64,000 bases of DNA from Lachnospiraceae bacterium (GTDB lineage: Bacteria; Bacillota; Clostridia; Lachnospirales; Lachnospiraceae). The stretch lies in NCBI GenBank assembly GCA_017553695.1, contig JAFZKG010000112.1, forward strand, positions 19,975 through 83,974. The letters run 5' to 3'. Position numbers and translations under genes: made by a program. Below, piece by piece: positions 49,170 to 58,798 of the stretch; the stretch's first letter is position 1; each line of letters opens with the position of its first letter. The notes under the pieces were generated by a model. It did no database searches and was not told the origin of the DNA. It was given only the letters and a program-made list of their open reading frames with translations.

Positions 49170-50303
49170 ATGCAGTTAGAACTGGTCGCACCGTGCCATT
49201 TCGGGCTGGAGGCCGTATTGAAAAAAGAAATCACAGATCTCGGATATGAGATATCCAAGGTGGAAGATGGAAGAGTCTTCTTTCTTTCGGATGCGGAAGG
49301 TGTGGCCAGAAGCAACGTTTTTCTGCGCAGTTGTGAGCGTGTCCTTTTGAAAGCTGGAGAGTTTCAGGCGGAGACCTTTGACGAATTGTTTGAACAGACG
49401 AAAGCAATCGCATGGGAAGAACTGATCCCGGCTGATGGAAAGTTCTGGGTCAAGAAAGCTTCTTCCGTTAATTCGAAACTGTTCAGTCCGTCCGATATCC
49501 AGCGTATCGTCAAAAAGGCAATCGTGGAGCGGCTGAAACAGACATATCATCAGGAATGGTTCGAGGAAAGCGGAGCGGATTATCCTTTACGTGTTTTCAT
49601 TCATAAAGATACTGTTCTTCTGACGATCGATACGAGCGGCGAGTCACTGCATAAGCGTGGTTACCGGAGTCTGGCCTCCAAGGCACCGATTTCCGAAACG
49701 CTGGCAAGCGCGCTGATCTCACTGACACCATGGAACAAGGACCGTATTCTGGTCGATCCGTTCTGTGGCAGCGGTACTTTTCCGATCGAAGCCGCTATGA
49801 TGGCCTGCAATATGGCGCCGGGCATGAATCGGGATTTCCTTGGTCAGGACTGGAGCAACCTTTTCCCGAAAAAAGTATGGTACAATGCAGTGGATGAAGC
49901 ACATGACTGCATCGTCATTCCGGAGTCATGCGACATTCAGGGATATGACATTGATCCGCAGGTCATTAAGATCGCGCGTCATAACGCGAAGATCGCAGGT
50001 GTGGATCAGTTGATCCATTTCCAGCAGCGAGACGTAAAAGATCTGAGCCATCCGAAGAAGTATGGCTTTCTTATCACGAATCCGCCATATGGCGAGCGGC
50101 TGGAAGACAAAAAGGATCTGCCGGCGCTGTATCAGACTTTCGGCGAGCGTTTCCGTGCACTGGATTCATGGTCGGCATTTTTTATTACCGCATATGAAGA
50201 TGCGCCGAAATACTTCGGCGGGAAGCCGACGAAGAACCGGAAAATCTATAACGGTATGATCCGGACTTATTTCTATCAATACATGGGGCCGAAACCTCGA
50301 TGA
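49170..50303 (+). CDS. THUMP-domain class I SAM-dependent RNA methyltransferase (RlmL/YpsC-like)
   Basis: 377 aa. 'DPFCGSGTFPIEAA' (motif I) and 'ITNPPYGERL' (motif IV). Confidence 0.88.
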   Translation: MQLELVAPCHFGLEAVLKKEITDLGYEISKVEDGRVFFLSDAEGVARSNVFLRSCERVLLKAGEFQAETFDELFEQTKAIAWEELIPADGKFWVKKASSVNSKLFSPSDIQRIVKKAIVERLKQTYHQEWFEESGADYPLRVFIHKDTVLLTIDTSGESLHKRGYRSLASKAPISETLASALISLTPWNKDRILVDPFCGSGTFPIEAAMMACNMAPGMNRDFLGQDWSNLFPKKVWYNAVDEAHDCIVIPESCDIQGYDIDPQVIKIARHNAKIAGVDQLIHFQQRDVKDLSHPKKYGFLITNPPYGERLEDKKDLPALYQTFGERFRALDSWSAFFITAYEDAPKYFGGKPTKNRKIYNGMIRTYFYQYMGPKPR

Positions 50304-52012
50304 AAAAAATATTTCTTTCCATCATCATAACGTTTTCCCTGGCGATCGCCGTGATCCTGGGAATCGGACTCTTTAAGCAGTCCGACTATGTGGCGAAGTC
50401 ACGTTCCTCTACGGAGACGAACACCGTGTGGAGAGTGGCTTTGGCAAGTTATGTCAATGAGAAGAAACCGGAATTGACGGTGGACGGAGAAGAGGTGCCA
50501 AAGCAGCTTTCGAAAGAGGTCTATATGAGTGACTCTCTCGGCATGATGCTCTCTGAAAACGGACTGACGGAAGTCTTTGACTGCGCAGTCAACTGTTATG
50601 AGGATTCCTATTTACTGATCGAGAAGGGTGAGGAACAGGTCCGCCTGGATCTGGACAGACCGATCATGGAAAAAGACGGGGAAGAGATCCTGCTTTCCGA
50701 GGGCGTGACGACGAAACAGGACAGGATCTACATTCCGGCCGAGATCATGGAGAAAGCATTCCACTATACCTACAGCTGGAACACGAAGGAACTGCGCGCA
50801 GAGTTCGAACGCGGTGAAGAGACCACGGATCTGCCATCCTATTATAATTACGCGGAACGAGAACGTCTCACTTATATCAAGGATCAGGAGGATATGGGAG
50901 CGTGTTGGGCGTTTGCGGCGCTTTCTGCAGTAGAAACGACCCTGCTTCCGGAGGAAGAGGCGGATTATTCCGAAGACCATATGATCCAAAACAATGGATT
51001 CGGGCTGTCACCGGAAGATGGCGGCGATTACATCATGGCGCTTTCCTATTTGTCTTCATGGAAAGGACCGGTCCGGGAGGCGGATGATCCGTACGGAGAC
51101 GGTGTCAGCGATCCGACGTTGGAGGCGGTAAAGCATGTGCAGGAAGTGCGGATGGTCGAGAGCAAGGACTATGATACGATCAAAAAGATGATCTTTAAAT
51201 ACGGCGGTGTGGAAAGTTCGATCTATATGGCATTTCTGGATGAGAGCACGATCGACGAGCAATATTACAATGTCCGGACGAATGCATACTGCTATCCGGA
51301 AGAGACGAATCCGAACCATGAGATCGTGATCATCGGATGGGATGATGATTATCCGGCATCCAACTTTACGCCGAAGGTCACACAGGATGGCGCTTTCATC
51401 TGTCAGAACAGCTGGGGAAGCCGTTTCGGGGAAGACGGGATCTTCTTTGTATCCTACGAGGATGCCGTCATCGGAACCAGTAATGAAGTGTATACCCGTA
51501 TCGAGAATGCGGATAATTATGATCATATCTATCAGTACGACCCGTGCGGCTGGATCGGACGTGTCGGTTATAACCGGAACCATGCCTACTTCGCCAATGT
51601 CTATACGGCTGAGGGGGAGGAAGAGTTGGCAGCCGTGAGTTTTTACGCAACAGGGAAGGACACGTCTTTTAAGATCTATGTGGATACGAACGTGAAGAGT
51701 GAAGGCGACGTGAAAATCCAGGGAGAGGCGCTGGCGGAAGGTCTGTTCTCAGAAATGGGTTATTATACCGTGGAACTGGATACACCGGTGCAGCTGCAGA
51801 AAGGAACGCGTTTTGCAGTGATCGTGGAGATCAATACGCCGGGAAGCACGCATCCGATCGCGATGGAGATGAACGTGGATGATTCGCGGACCGGAACAGT
51901 CAGTACGGAAGGCAAGGAAAGCTATATCAGCAATACCGGGACAAGCTGGGAGCGGACACAGACGTCATCCGACTGTAATGTGTGTCTGAAAGCATTTACA
52001 AAAGACAGGTAA
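50300..52012 (+). CDS. papain-like (C1 family) cysteine peptidase with N-terminal anchor and stalk-like domain
   Basis: 570 aa. TM/signal 'IFLSIIITFSLAIAVILGIGLF'. Catalytic 'DMGACWAFAALSAVE', 'NHEIVIIGWDD' and 'CQNSWG'. ATGA overlap with the methyltransferase gene. Confidence 0.85.
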   Translation: MKKIFLSIIITFSLAIAVILGIGLFKQSDYVAKSRSSTETNTVWRVALASYVNEKKPELTVDGEEVPKQLSKEVYMSDSLGMMLSENGLTEVFDCAVNCYEDSYLLIEKGEEQVRLDLDRPIMEKDGEEILLSEGVTTKQDRIYIPAEIMEKAFHYTYSWNTKELRAEFERGEETTDLPSYYNYAERERLTYIKDQEDMGACWAFAALSAVETTLLPEEEADYSEDHMIQNNGFGLSPEDGGDYIMALSYLSSWKGPVREADDPYGDGVSDPTLEAVKHVQEVRMVESKDYDTIKKMIFKYGGVESSIYMAFLDESTIDEQYYNVRTNAYCYPEETNPNHEIVIIGWDDDYPASNFTPKVTQDGAFICQNSWGSRFGEDGIFFVSYEDAVIGTSNEVYTRIENADNYDHIYQYDPCGWIGRVGYNRNHAYFANVYTAEGEEELAAVSFYATGKDTSFKIYVDTNVKSEGDVKIQGEALAEGLFSEMGYYTVELDTPVQLQKGTRFAVIVEINTPGSTHPIAMEMNVDDSRTGTVSTEGKESYISNTGTSWERTQTSSDCNVCLKAFTKDR

Positions 52013-52045
52013 AGCTGTGTCGCAGGCTTATATAGAGAAACGAAA

Positions 52046-52654
52046 ATGAAACTGATCATGGCAACGGGAAATCAGAATAAAGTGCGTGAGATCAGGGAGA
52101 TGCTGGAAGGCAGCTCGATCGAGATCCTTTCACTGAAGGATGCCGGAATCACAGCCGACATCGAAGAGAACGGCGCGACTTTTGAGGAGAACGCCATCAT
52201 CAAGGCGGAGGCGATCCGGGATCTGTGTGGACAGATGGTGCTGGCGGATGATTCGGGCCTTATGATCGATGCGATGGACGGAGGTCCGGGCGTGCATTCC
52301 GCGCGCTTCATGGGAGAGGATACTTCCTATGATATCAAGAATGCGGCCATCCTGAGAGAACTGGCCGATGTGCCGGAAGAAAAGCGCGGCGCACGTTTTG
52401 TATGCGCAATGGCGCTGGCTTATCCGGAAAAGGATGGCATCCAACCGGAAACGAAAGTCTTTCGCGGCGTTTTTGAGGGGCGGATCGCATTTGAGGCAAA
52501 GGGGGAAAACGGATTCGGATATGATCCGATCTTTTATGTTCCATCCCGGAATATGACCTCTGCAGAACTTTCTCCGGAAGAGAAAAATGCCATGAGTCAT
52601 CGAGGAAATGCACTGCGGCAGGTGGTCGCGGAGCTCCGCGGGAAAAGTGATTGA
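52046..52654 (+). CDS. rdgB: dITP/XTP pyrophosphatase (RdgB/HAM1 family)
   Basis: 202 aa. 'LIMATGNQNKVREI', 'ADDSGL' and 'GENGFGYDPIF'. Confidence 0.92.
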   Translation: MKLIMATGNQNKVREIREMLEGSSIEILSLKDAGITADIEENGATFEENAIIKAEAIRDLCGQMVLADDSGLMIDAMDGGPGVHSARFMGEDTSYDIKNAAILRELADVPEEKRGARFVCAMALAYPEKDGIQPETKVFRGVFEGRIAFEAKGENGFGYDPIFYVPSRNMTSAELSPEEKNAMSHRGNALRQVVAELRGKSD

Positions 52655-52679
52655 CACGGAAAATGCCTTCATATATAAT
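52651..52679 (+). promoter_or_regulatory. sigma-A-type promoter for tRNA-Pro
   Basis: TTGACA (52651-52656, overlapping the rdgB stop), 17-nt spacer, TATAAT (52674-52679). Confidence 0.6.
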
Positions 52680-52724
52680 GACTTTCGTGCTTGCCGCCGA
52701 GTAAAACGAAGGGGCAGTACCAGA

Positions 52725-52799
52725 CGGGGTGTGGCTCAGTTTGGCTAGAGCGCTTGATTTGGGATCAAGAGGCCGCAGGTTCGAATCCTGTCACCCCGA
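52725..52799 (+). tRNA. tRNA-Pro (anticodon TGG)
   Basis: Acceptor CGGGGTG/CACCCCG, anticodon arm CTTGA-TTTGGGA-TCAAG and T-loop GGTTCGAATCC. Confidence 0.9.
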
Positions 52800-52905
52800 G
52801 TAAGAGTCGTGGTTCTTTGAGATTGGAGAGCTGCGGCTTTTTTCTTTCGAAAAATACATTTTTTCTATGTTTTCTTCCCGACGTGCGGTGTATAATAATT
52901 CTGTT

Positions 52906-54276
52906 ATGAAAAAGGGACTGATTCAGGATTTTACATCAGGGAATATCTGGAAGCAGCTGATCACGTTCTCGATGCCGCTGTTTTTCGCGAATCTTCTCCA
53001 GATGGTCTACAATATGGTAGATATGATCGTTGTCGGTCATGTCATTGGAAATGTGGGTATCTCCGGTGTTACCATCGGCGGTGATATCTCGCATTTCTTT
53101 ACGATGCTTGTGATGGGTTTTTCCGCAGCCGCATCTATCATCATTTCCCAGTTCGTCGGAGCCGGGCAGAAGGATAAAGTCGGAAAAGTCATCGGCACGT
53201 TATCCCTTTTTCTTCTGATCTGTGCTGTTGTCTTTACAACAGGCGGCCTTCTTCTTCGGCATCAGCTTCTGAATCTGATGAATGCGCCGGAGGCCAGTTA
53301 CCAGGAAGCACTTGCATACTGTACAACGACGATCGCCGGCATGATCTTTATCTTCGGTTATAATGCCGTCAGTGCGATCCTGCGGGGACTGGGCGATTCC
53401 AAGCATCCATTCATTTTCATCGCGACAGCGGCTGTTCTCAATATCATCCTGGACCTGCTGTTCGTTATGGTTTTAGGCTGGGGGACATTCGGAGCCGCAC
53501 TGGCAACCGTTATCGGCCAGGGCGTCAGTTTTATCTGGGCGCTGTTTTTCCTGCTCAAACGAAAGGATTCCCTGGGATTTGATATTTCGAAAAACGACTT
53601 TAAGATCGATAAGGAAGTCTTTTCCATCATGATCAAACTGGGCATTCCGATGGCGATCAAATCTGCATCCATCAGTTTCTCCAAGTTGTTCATTAATTCG
53701 TTTGTCAATAATTACGGCGTGGTCGTTTCAGCTGTAGCAGGTGTCGGAAATAAGATCTGCAGTGTGCCGATGCTGGTAAGCAATTCGGTCAACACAGCCG
53801 GATCTTCCATGATCGGACAGAATATCGGTGGTGCGAAATACGACCGTGTACCGAAGATCATGCTTGCCATTCTTGCAATATGCGGGTCCATCACAGGTCT
53901 GTGCATGGTCATCGTGCTGCTGTTCCCGAGCCAGGTATTTATGATCTTTACTTCGGATGAATCGATCCTTCCAGTGGCCATGGAATATCTGCCGATCCTG
54001 ATCATCAACTTTGTAGGTGCTATTGTCCGTGCGCCAACGGGCTCCTTTATCAACGGCAGTGGCAATTATAAGATCAACTTTGTTCTGGCAATTCTGGATG
54101 CATTTGTCGCACGTGTCGGTCTGGGCATTTTATTCGGCGTCGTCTTCAAGATGGAATACTTTGGATTCTGGCTGGGCGATGCGATCTCGGGCACCATGCC
54201 GCTCTTCATCGGCGGCGGCTTTCTGCTTAGCGGGAAGTGGAAGACCCGGAAATATATCATTCAGGAAGACGAATGA
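52906..54276 (+). CDS. MATE family efflux transporter
   Basis: Start taken at ATG 52906 (MKKGLIQDFTSGNIWKQLITFSMPLFFANLLQ.., a typical MATE N-terminus). 12 TM. Confidence 0.88.
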   Translation: MKKGLIQDFTSGNIWKQLITFSMPLFFANLLQMVYNMVDMIVVGHVIGNVGISGVTIGGDISHFFTMLVMGFSAAASIIISQFVGAGQKDKVGKVIGTLSLFLLICAVVFTTGGLLLRHQLLNLMNAPEASYQEALAYCTTTIAGMIFIFGYNAVSAILRGLGDSKHPFIFIATAAVLNIILDLLFVMVLGWGTFGAALATVIGQGVSFIWALFFLLKRKDSLGFDISKNDFKIDKEVFSIMIKLGIPMAIKSASISFSKLFINSFVNNYGVVVSAVAGVGNKICSVPMLVSNSVNTAGSSMIGQNIGGAKYDRVPKIMLAILAICGSITGLCMVIVLLFPSQVFMIFTSDESILPVAMEYLPILIINFVGAIVRAPTGSFINGSGNYKINFVLAILDAFVARVGLGILFGVVFKMEYFGFWLGDAISGTMPLFIGGGFLLSGKWKTRKYIIQEDE

Positions 54277-55952
54277 AGTTTCTTCTCGTTGCAGTCAATA
54301 CCAAATTCATACATTCCAATCCGGCGGTGCGCGTACTGAGAGAGTACGTGCTTTCGCATGATCCGTCCGTTCCCGCAGACGAGATCGGCATCCTGGAATC
54401 CACGATCAACAACAGTTACGAGGAAGTGCTCTCTGACATCTACCTGAAGAAGCCGGAGGTAGTGCTGTTCTCCTGTTATATCTGGAATTGGGCGTTCATA
54501 AAAAAACTATCCCGGGAGGTGGCGAAGGTACTCCCGGAGGCGATCATCTGGGCAGGCGGACCGGAGGTCAGTTTTGATGCGGAGGCAATCCTTGCGGAAT
54601 GCCCGTGGATCCGTGGCATCATGACCGGTGAGGGGGAAGAGAGTTTTCTGTTCCTGGTACAGGCGATCCGACGGGGCGAGGATGTATCCGGAATCCTGCG
54701 CGGGGAAGATGCCGCAATGGGACAGCTTCCGTTCATCTATACCGACGAAAGCATTGCAGCTTATCAGAATAAGATCCTGTATTATGAGACATCACGGGGG
54801 TGCCCGTTCTCCTGCAGTTACTGTCTATCGTCTGTCAAGGGGAATGTCCGGCTCAGGCCGTGGGAGATGGTGGAAAAGGAACTGGCTTTCTTTGTCAGGC
54901 ATCGCGTAAAACAGGTGAAGTTCACTGACCGGACCTTTAACTGTGATCATGTGCATTGCCAACGGATCTGGAAGTGGATCAAAGAGCATGATAATGGTGT
55001 GACAAATTTTCATTTTGAAATCGCAGGTGATCTTTTGAATGAGGACGAGATCGCCCTTCTTTCCGGGATGCGGCCGAACCTGGTGCAGCTCGAGATTGGC
55101 GTGCAGTCCACCAATCCGGAAACGATCACTGAGATCCGCCGGAAGATGGATCTGAATAAGCTTGCCTCAAATGTAGAGAAGATCCGCAGTTTCGGCAATA
55201 TCCATCAGCATCTGGATCTGATCGCAGGTCTGCCGTATGAGGATCTGAAAAGTTTCCGAAAAAGTTTTGATGACGTGTACCGGATGAAACCGGATCAACT
55301 GCAGCTCGGCTTCCTGAAAGTGCTGAAGGGATCCTATATGGCAGAGAAGGTTGCGGATTATGAGATCAATTATACTTCAGAAGCACCGTATGAGGTGCTC
55401 TCGACCAAATGGCTTTCATTCGCGGATGTGATCCGTCTGAAAAAGGTCGAGGCTGTTCTGGAACTATTTTATAACAGCCGCCAGTTCACAGTTGTGCTGC
55501 CGCTGCTGGAGCAATGCTTTAACTCCTCATTTGATCTTTACGACCGCATGGCAGAGTATTATGAGGCGGAAGGATTCTTCCTGAACAGTCCGTCACGGGC
55601 ATACCGTTATCAGATCCTTCTGGACTTCGCAGCATCGATCGAGCCTTTGCATATCGATCTGTATCGGGAGGCGCTGACATTTGATCTGTATCTTCGGGAG
55701 AAAGCGAAGAGCCGTCCGGCATTTGCGCTTGATCTGAAACCGTATCAGAAGGTGATCCGGCAGCAGTATGACGAAGGCCTGGATAAGCGCTGTCATGTGG
55801 ATGTTTTTTCTTATGCGGTCTGGGAAGATGGTGCTCCAAAGCTACCGGAAAAGGCACTTGTTGCCTTTGATTATGAGAAAAAAGATCCACTGGATCATAA
55901 CGCGTCGGTTACCGTAATTGGCTATTTACAAGAGGAAAACCATTTGCTATAA
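54273..55952 (+). CDS. B12-binding-domain radical SAM protein (DUF4080-type C-terminus)
   Basis: Start taken at ATG 54273 (MKFLLVAVNTKFIH..), which gives an ATGA overlap with the MATE stop. Radical SAM cluster motif 'SRGCPFSCSYCLS'. Confidence 0.85.
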   Translation: MKFLLVAVNTKFIHSNPAVRVLREYVLSHDPSVPADEIGILESTINNSYEEVLSDIYLKKPEVVLFSCYIWNWAFIKKLSREVAKVLPEAIIWAGGPEVSFDAEAILAECPWIRGIMTGEGEESFLFLVQAIRRGEDVSGILRGEDAAMGQLPFIYTDESIAAYQNKILYYETSRGCPFSCSYCLSSVKGNVRLRPWEMVEKELAFFVRHRVKQVKFTDRTFNCDHVHCQRIWKWIKEHDNGVTNFHFEIAGDLLNEDEIALLSGMRPNLVQLEIGVQSTNPETITEIRRKMDLNKLASNVEKIRSFGNIHQHLDLIAGLPYEDLKSFRKSFDDVYRMKPDQLQLGFLKVLKGSYMAEKVADYEINYTSEAPYEVLSTKWLSFADVIRLKKVEAVLELFYNSRQFTVVLPLLEQCFNSSFDLYDRMAEYYEAEGFFLNSPSRAYRYQILLDFAASIEPLHIDLYREALTFDLYLREKAKSRPAFALDLKPYQKVIRQQYDEGLDKRCHVDVFSYAVWEDGAPKLPEKALVAFDYEKKDPLDHNASVTVIGYLQEENHLL

Positions 55953-55953
55953 T
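55925..55953 (+). promoter_or_regulatory. candidate promoter for the tRNA array
   Basis: TTTACA (55925-55930), 17-nt spacer, TATAAT (55948-55953), overlapping the end of the radical SAM CDS. tRNA-Gly starts 29 nt downstream. Confidence 0.5.
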
Positions 55954-55981
55954 ACCAAAGTTGACTGACAGGTCACCACGT

Positions 55982-56052
55982 GCGGGTGTAGTTCAATGGT
56001 AGAACACCAGCCTTCCAAGCTGGATACGTGGGTTCGATTCCCATCACCCGCT
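55982..56052 (+). tRNA. tRNA-Gly (anticodon TCC)
   Basis: Acceptor GCGGGTG/CACCCGC, anticodon arm CCAGC-CTTCCAA-GCTGG and T-loop GGTTCGATTCC. Confidence 0.9.
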
Positions 56053-56086
56053 TTTCTTTTTCCGCAGGGAAGAGAATTGTTTATCC

Positions 56087-56160
<74 letters not shown>

Positions 56161-56183
56161 CTGGAAGGTTTCAACTTTCATAT

Positions 56184-56258
<75 letters not shown>

Positions 56259-56292
56259 TTAACAGGCACAGCATTCGGAGCAATCCTGTTTT

Positions 56293-56364
56293 AGGGCTAT
56301 CGCCAAGCGGTAAGGCACAGGACTTTGACTCCTGCATTCGCTGGTTCGAATCCAGCTAGCCCTG
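56293..56364 (+). tRNA. tRNA-Gln (anticodon TTG)
   Basis: Acceptor AGGGCTA/TAGCCCT, anticodon arm CAGGA-CTTTGAC-TCCTG and T-loop GGTTCGAATCC. Confidence 0.88.
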
Positions 56365-56392
56365 CTGGCATGAACATGCCTCGTTTTTATAT

Positions 56393-56465
56393 GGGATTGT
56401 AGCTCAGGTGGTAGAGCACTTGACTTTTAATCAAGTTGTCCGGGGTTCGAATCCCCGCAGTCTCA
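56393..56465 (+). tRNA. tRNA-Lys (anticodon TTT)
   Basis: Acceptor GGGATTG/CAGTCTC (two G-U pairs), anticodon arm CTTGA-CTTTTAA-TCAAG and T-loop GGTTCGAATCC. Confidence 0.85.
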
Positions 56466-56646
56466 TAGTGAAAGCAGCGCAATCACTTCATTAGGAGGTG
56501 GTTCCGCTTTTTTTGATCCCCTTCATCTAATCTTAACCATTATAGGCATGAAATGGAGGCAATTCATCCTGTAGAGCAGCACCACCGTTTTAGGGGTGAA
56601 AAAAATCGGTCCAAAACAGCCCAAAAACAGCCATAGTCTTCAACAC

Positions 56647-56675
56647 TTGACAAAGAAGCCCTTTCATCTTACAAT
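56647..56675 (+). promoter_or_regulatory. sigma-A-type promoter for the riboswitch-controlled ABC operon
   Basis: TTGACA (56647-56652), 17-nt spacer, TACAAT (56670-56675), about 24 nt upstream of the riboswitch P1 helix. Confidence 0.6.
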
Positions 56676-56698
56676 GCCAACAATTAAATATCGTTATG

Positions 56699-56886
56699 CA
56701 GAATAGAGGCGCGGTATCTATGAGTAAGACCGCTGAAGGAGATCACAGAAAGAGGATCGACAAGCAGCAAAGGTGCTAAGCGGGATGAAAGGAGCTGCCG
56801 CCGAAATACCGGGGAAACCTTGAACAGCCGGTGTTGGGACGTTGCAGAATATGTAACGTACTGTCACATTAGTGGAGCGCTTTCTG
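56699..56886 (+). promoter_or_regulatory. lysine riboswitch (L-box) aptamer
   Basis: Conserved L-box blocks appear in order: 'AGAGGCGC', 'GAGTAAG', 'GAAAGGAGCTGCCGCCGAAAT', 'CTGTCAC' and 'GTGGAGCGCT'. The P1 helix closes by CAGAA (56699-56703) pairing with TTCTG (56882-56886). Confidence 0.8.
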
Positions 56887-56919
56887 ATGATACAGATATG
56901 AATACGTGGAATTGATGTG

Positions 56920-56950
56920 AATGTTTTGCAGATAGCAAAACATTTTTTTG
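56920..56950 (+). terminator. riboswitch expression-platform terminator
   Basis: AATGTTTTGC / GCAAAACATT 10-bp stem with a 5-nt loop, followed by TTTTTT, 55 nt upstream of the ABC operon start codon. Confidence 0.8.
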
Positions 56951-57004
56951 TGCGTAGCGGTGGCAGCAACTGTCAACAGAACACAAAGAAAAGAGGAAAA
57001 AGTA

Positions 57005-57913
57005 ATGAAGAGATTTGGAAAGATTTTAACAGCAGCACTCGCACTGGTCATGGTGATCATCATGGCATGTGCATGTGGAAATTCCGGCGGTGGAGACACC
57101 CCGGCACCGGCTGGAAGCGGCGCGCAGGATGGCGGCGCAAGCAGCTCGATCAATGATGGTACAGGAAAGGTCCTTCGTGTCGCAATGGAATGCGGCTATG
57201 CACCTTATAACTGGACACAGTCAGACGATTCCAACGGCGCAGTTCCAATCGTGGATTCTTCCGACTATGCATACGGCTATGACGTCATGATGGCAAAATA
57301 CGTCGCAGAACAGCTGGGTATGGAGCTTGAGATCTATAAACTGGATTGGGATTCTCTGCCACTGGCCGTACAGTCCGGAACGGTAGACTGCGTGATCGCA
57401 GGACAGTCCATTACATCCGAGCGGCTGGAGACAATTGACTTCTCTGATCCGTATTACTATGCATCCATCGTGGTGCTGACGAAGAAAGATTCCGCATTTG
57501 CAAATGCGACATCGCTGGCAGATCTGGCTGGCGCAAAGGCAACTTCACAGCTGAACACCGTCTGGTACGATGTCTGCATCCCGCAGATTCCAGACGTCCA
57601 GGCAGAGACCGCACAGGAGAGTGCACCGCAGATGCTGGTAGCTCTGGAAGCCGGCGCAGTTGATATCGTCGTTACGGATGAGCCGACAGCAATGGGCGCA
57701 TGTGCTGTTTACCCGGATATGGTCATGCTTGCCTTTACCGGAACAGACGGCGATTTCCAGGTATCCGAGGAAGAGATCAACATTGGTATCTCCATGCAGA
57801 AAGGCAACAGCGGACTGCAGCAGGCAATCAACGGCGTGCTGGCTACATTAACACCGGAAGATTATAAAGATTGGATGAACAAAGCGATCGAAGTTCAGCC
57901 GATGAATGAATAA
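57005..57913 (+). CDS. amino-acid ABC transporter substrate-binding lipoprotein (SBP family 3)
   Basis: Start taken at ATG 57005 after the RBS AGAGGAAAAAG. Signal/lipobox-like 'LALVMVIIMACACGN'. The ORF-track start at 56948 lies inside the terminator. Confidence 0.85.
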   Translation: MKRFGKILTAALALVMVIIMACACGNSGGGDTPAPAGSGAQDGGASSSINDGTGKVLRVAMECGYAPYNWTQSDDSNGAVPIVDSSDYAYGYDVMMAKYVAEQLGMELEIYKLDWDSLPLAVQSGTVDCVIAGQSITSERLETIDFSDPYYYASIVVLTKKDSAFANATSLADLAGAKATSQLNTVWYDVCIPQIPDVQAETAQESAPQMLVALEAGAVDIVVTDEPTAMGACAVYPDMVMLAFTGTDGDFQVSEEEINIGISMQKGNSGLQQAINGVLATLTPEDYKDWMNKAIEVQPMNE

Positions 57914-57919
57914 TTAATA

Positions 57920-58792
57920 ATGACAAACTATTTACTCGCAACATCTTTACCTCCGGATTTTTTCGGACGGATATGGTTCATCTTACAAAAATATGGTGCA
58001 TCAATGGCAAAAGGCGCAGGGACCACTCTGGCCATTGCCATTGTTGGCACGTTTATCGGATGCGTGATCGGATTCATCGTGGGTCTGATCCAGACAATTC
58101 CGATCAACCCGAATGATTCGGCCATTAAGAAGGTCGTTCTGCGCATTGTCAACGTGATCCTGAAGATTTATGTGGAAGTATTCCGTGGGACACCAATGAT
58201 GGTGCAGGCGATGTTCCTCCATTATGGAGCCATGATCTTATTCAACCTGAACATGGGCATGTGGATGGCAGCATTCGTGATCGTTTCCATCAATACCGGT
58301 GCCTATATGGCGGAGACCGTCAGAGGTGGTATCTTTTCCGTTCCAATGAGCCAGACCGAAGGTGCGAAGGCGATCGGCATGAACCATGTGCAGACGATGG
58401 TCAACGTCATCCTTCCGCAGGCACTTCGGAACATCATGCCGCAGATCGGCAACAACCTGATCATCAACATCAAGGATACCTGCGTCTTAAGCTGTATCGG
58501 TGTTGTGGAATTGTTCTTCACATCGAAGTCCGTCGCCGGTACTTACTATACCTATTTTGAAACATTCACCATCACGATGGTGATGTACCTGATCATGACG
58601 CTGTTCTTCAGTTGGCTTTTGCGGTTCTTTGAGAAACGCATGGACGGGCCGGCAGAGTATGACCTGGCGACGACGGATACGCTGGCATATACCAGCGGAA
58701 CATTAACCGATCCGCACAAGGATCATGTGGATGACCGCAACCTGTTAGATGCCGCAGAAAAAACGTTCCGGGAAAATGATACGCGAAGGTAA
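57920..58792 (+). CDS. amino-acid ABC transporter permease (His/Glu/Gln/Arg/opine family)
   Basis: 290 aa. 'FRGTPMMVQ' and the EAA-like loop 'TEGAKAIGMNHVQTMVNVILPQALRNIMP'. Confidence 0.9.
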   Translation: MTNYLLATSLPPDFFGRIWFILQKYGASMAKGAGTTLAIAIVGTFIGCVIGFIVGLIQTIPINPNDSAIKKVVLRIVNVILKIYVEVFRGTPMMVQAMFLHYGAMILFNLNMGMWMAAFVIVSINTGAYMAETVRGGIFSVPMSQTEGAKAIGMNHVQTMVNVILPQALRNIMPQIGNNLIINIKDTCVLSCIGVVELFFTSKSVAGTYYTYFETFTITMVMYLIMTLFFSWLLRFFEKRMDGPAEYDLATTDTLAYTSGTLTDPHKDHVDDRNLLDAAEKTFRENDTRR

Positions 58793-58798
58793 GATATT

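Noticed and set aside
56466-56646. Possible terminator or small ORF after tRNA-Lys (..GGAGGTGGTTCCGCTTTTTTT; ATGAAATGGAGGCAATTCATCCTGTAG)
   Set aside because: The hairpin pairing is poor when written out, and the ORF is only 8 codons. That is insufficient support for either call.
56948-57004. Upstream start of the substrate-binding protein ORF (MCVAVAATVNRTQRKEEKV..)
   Set aside because: It begins inside the riboswitch terminator U-tract. The ATG at 57005 has an RBS and yields a lipoprotein-type signal peptide.
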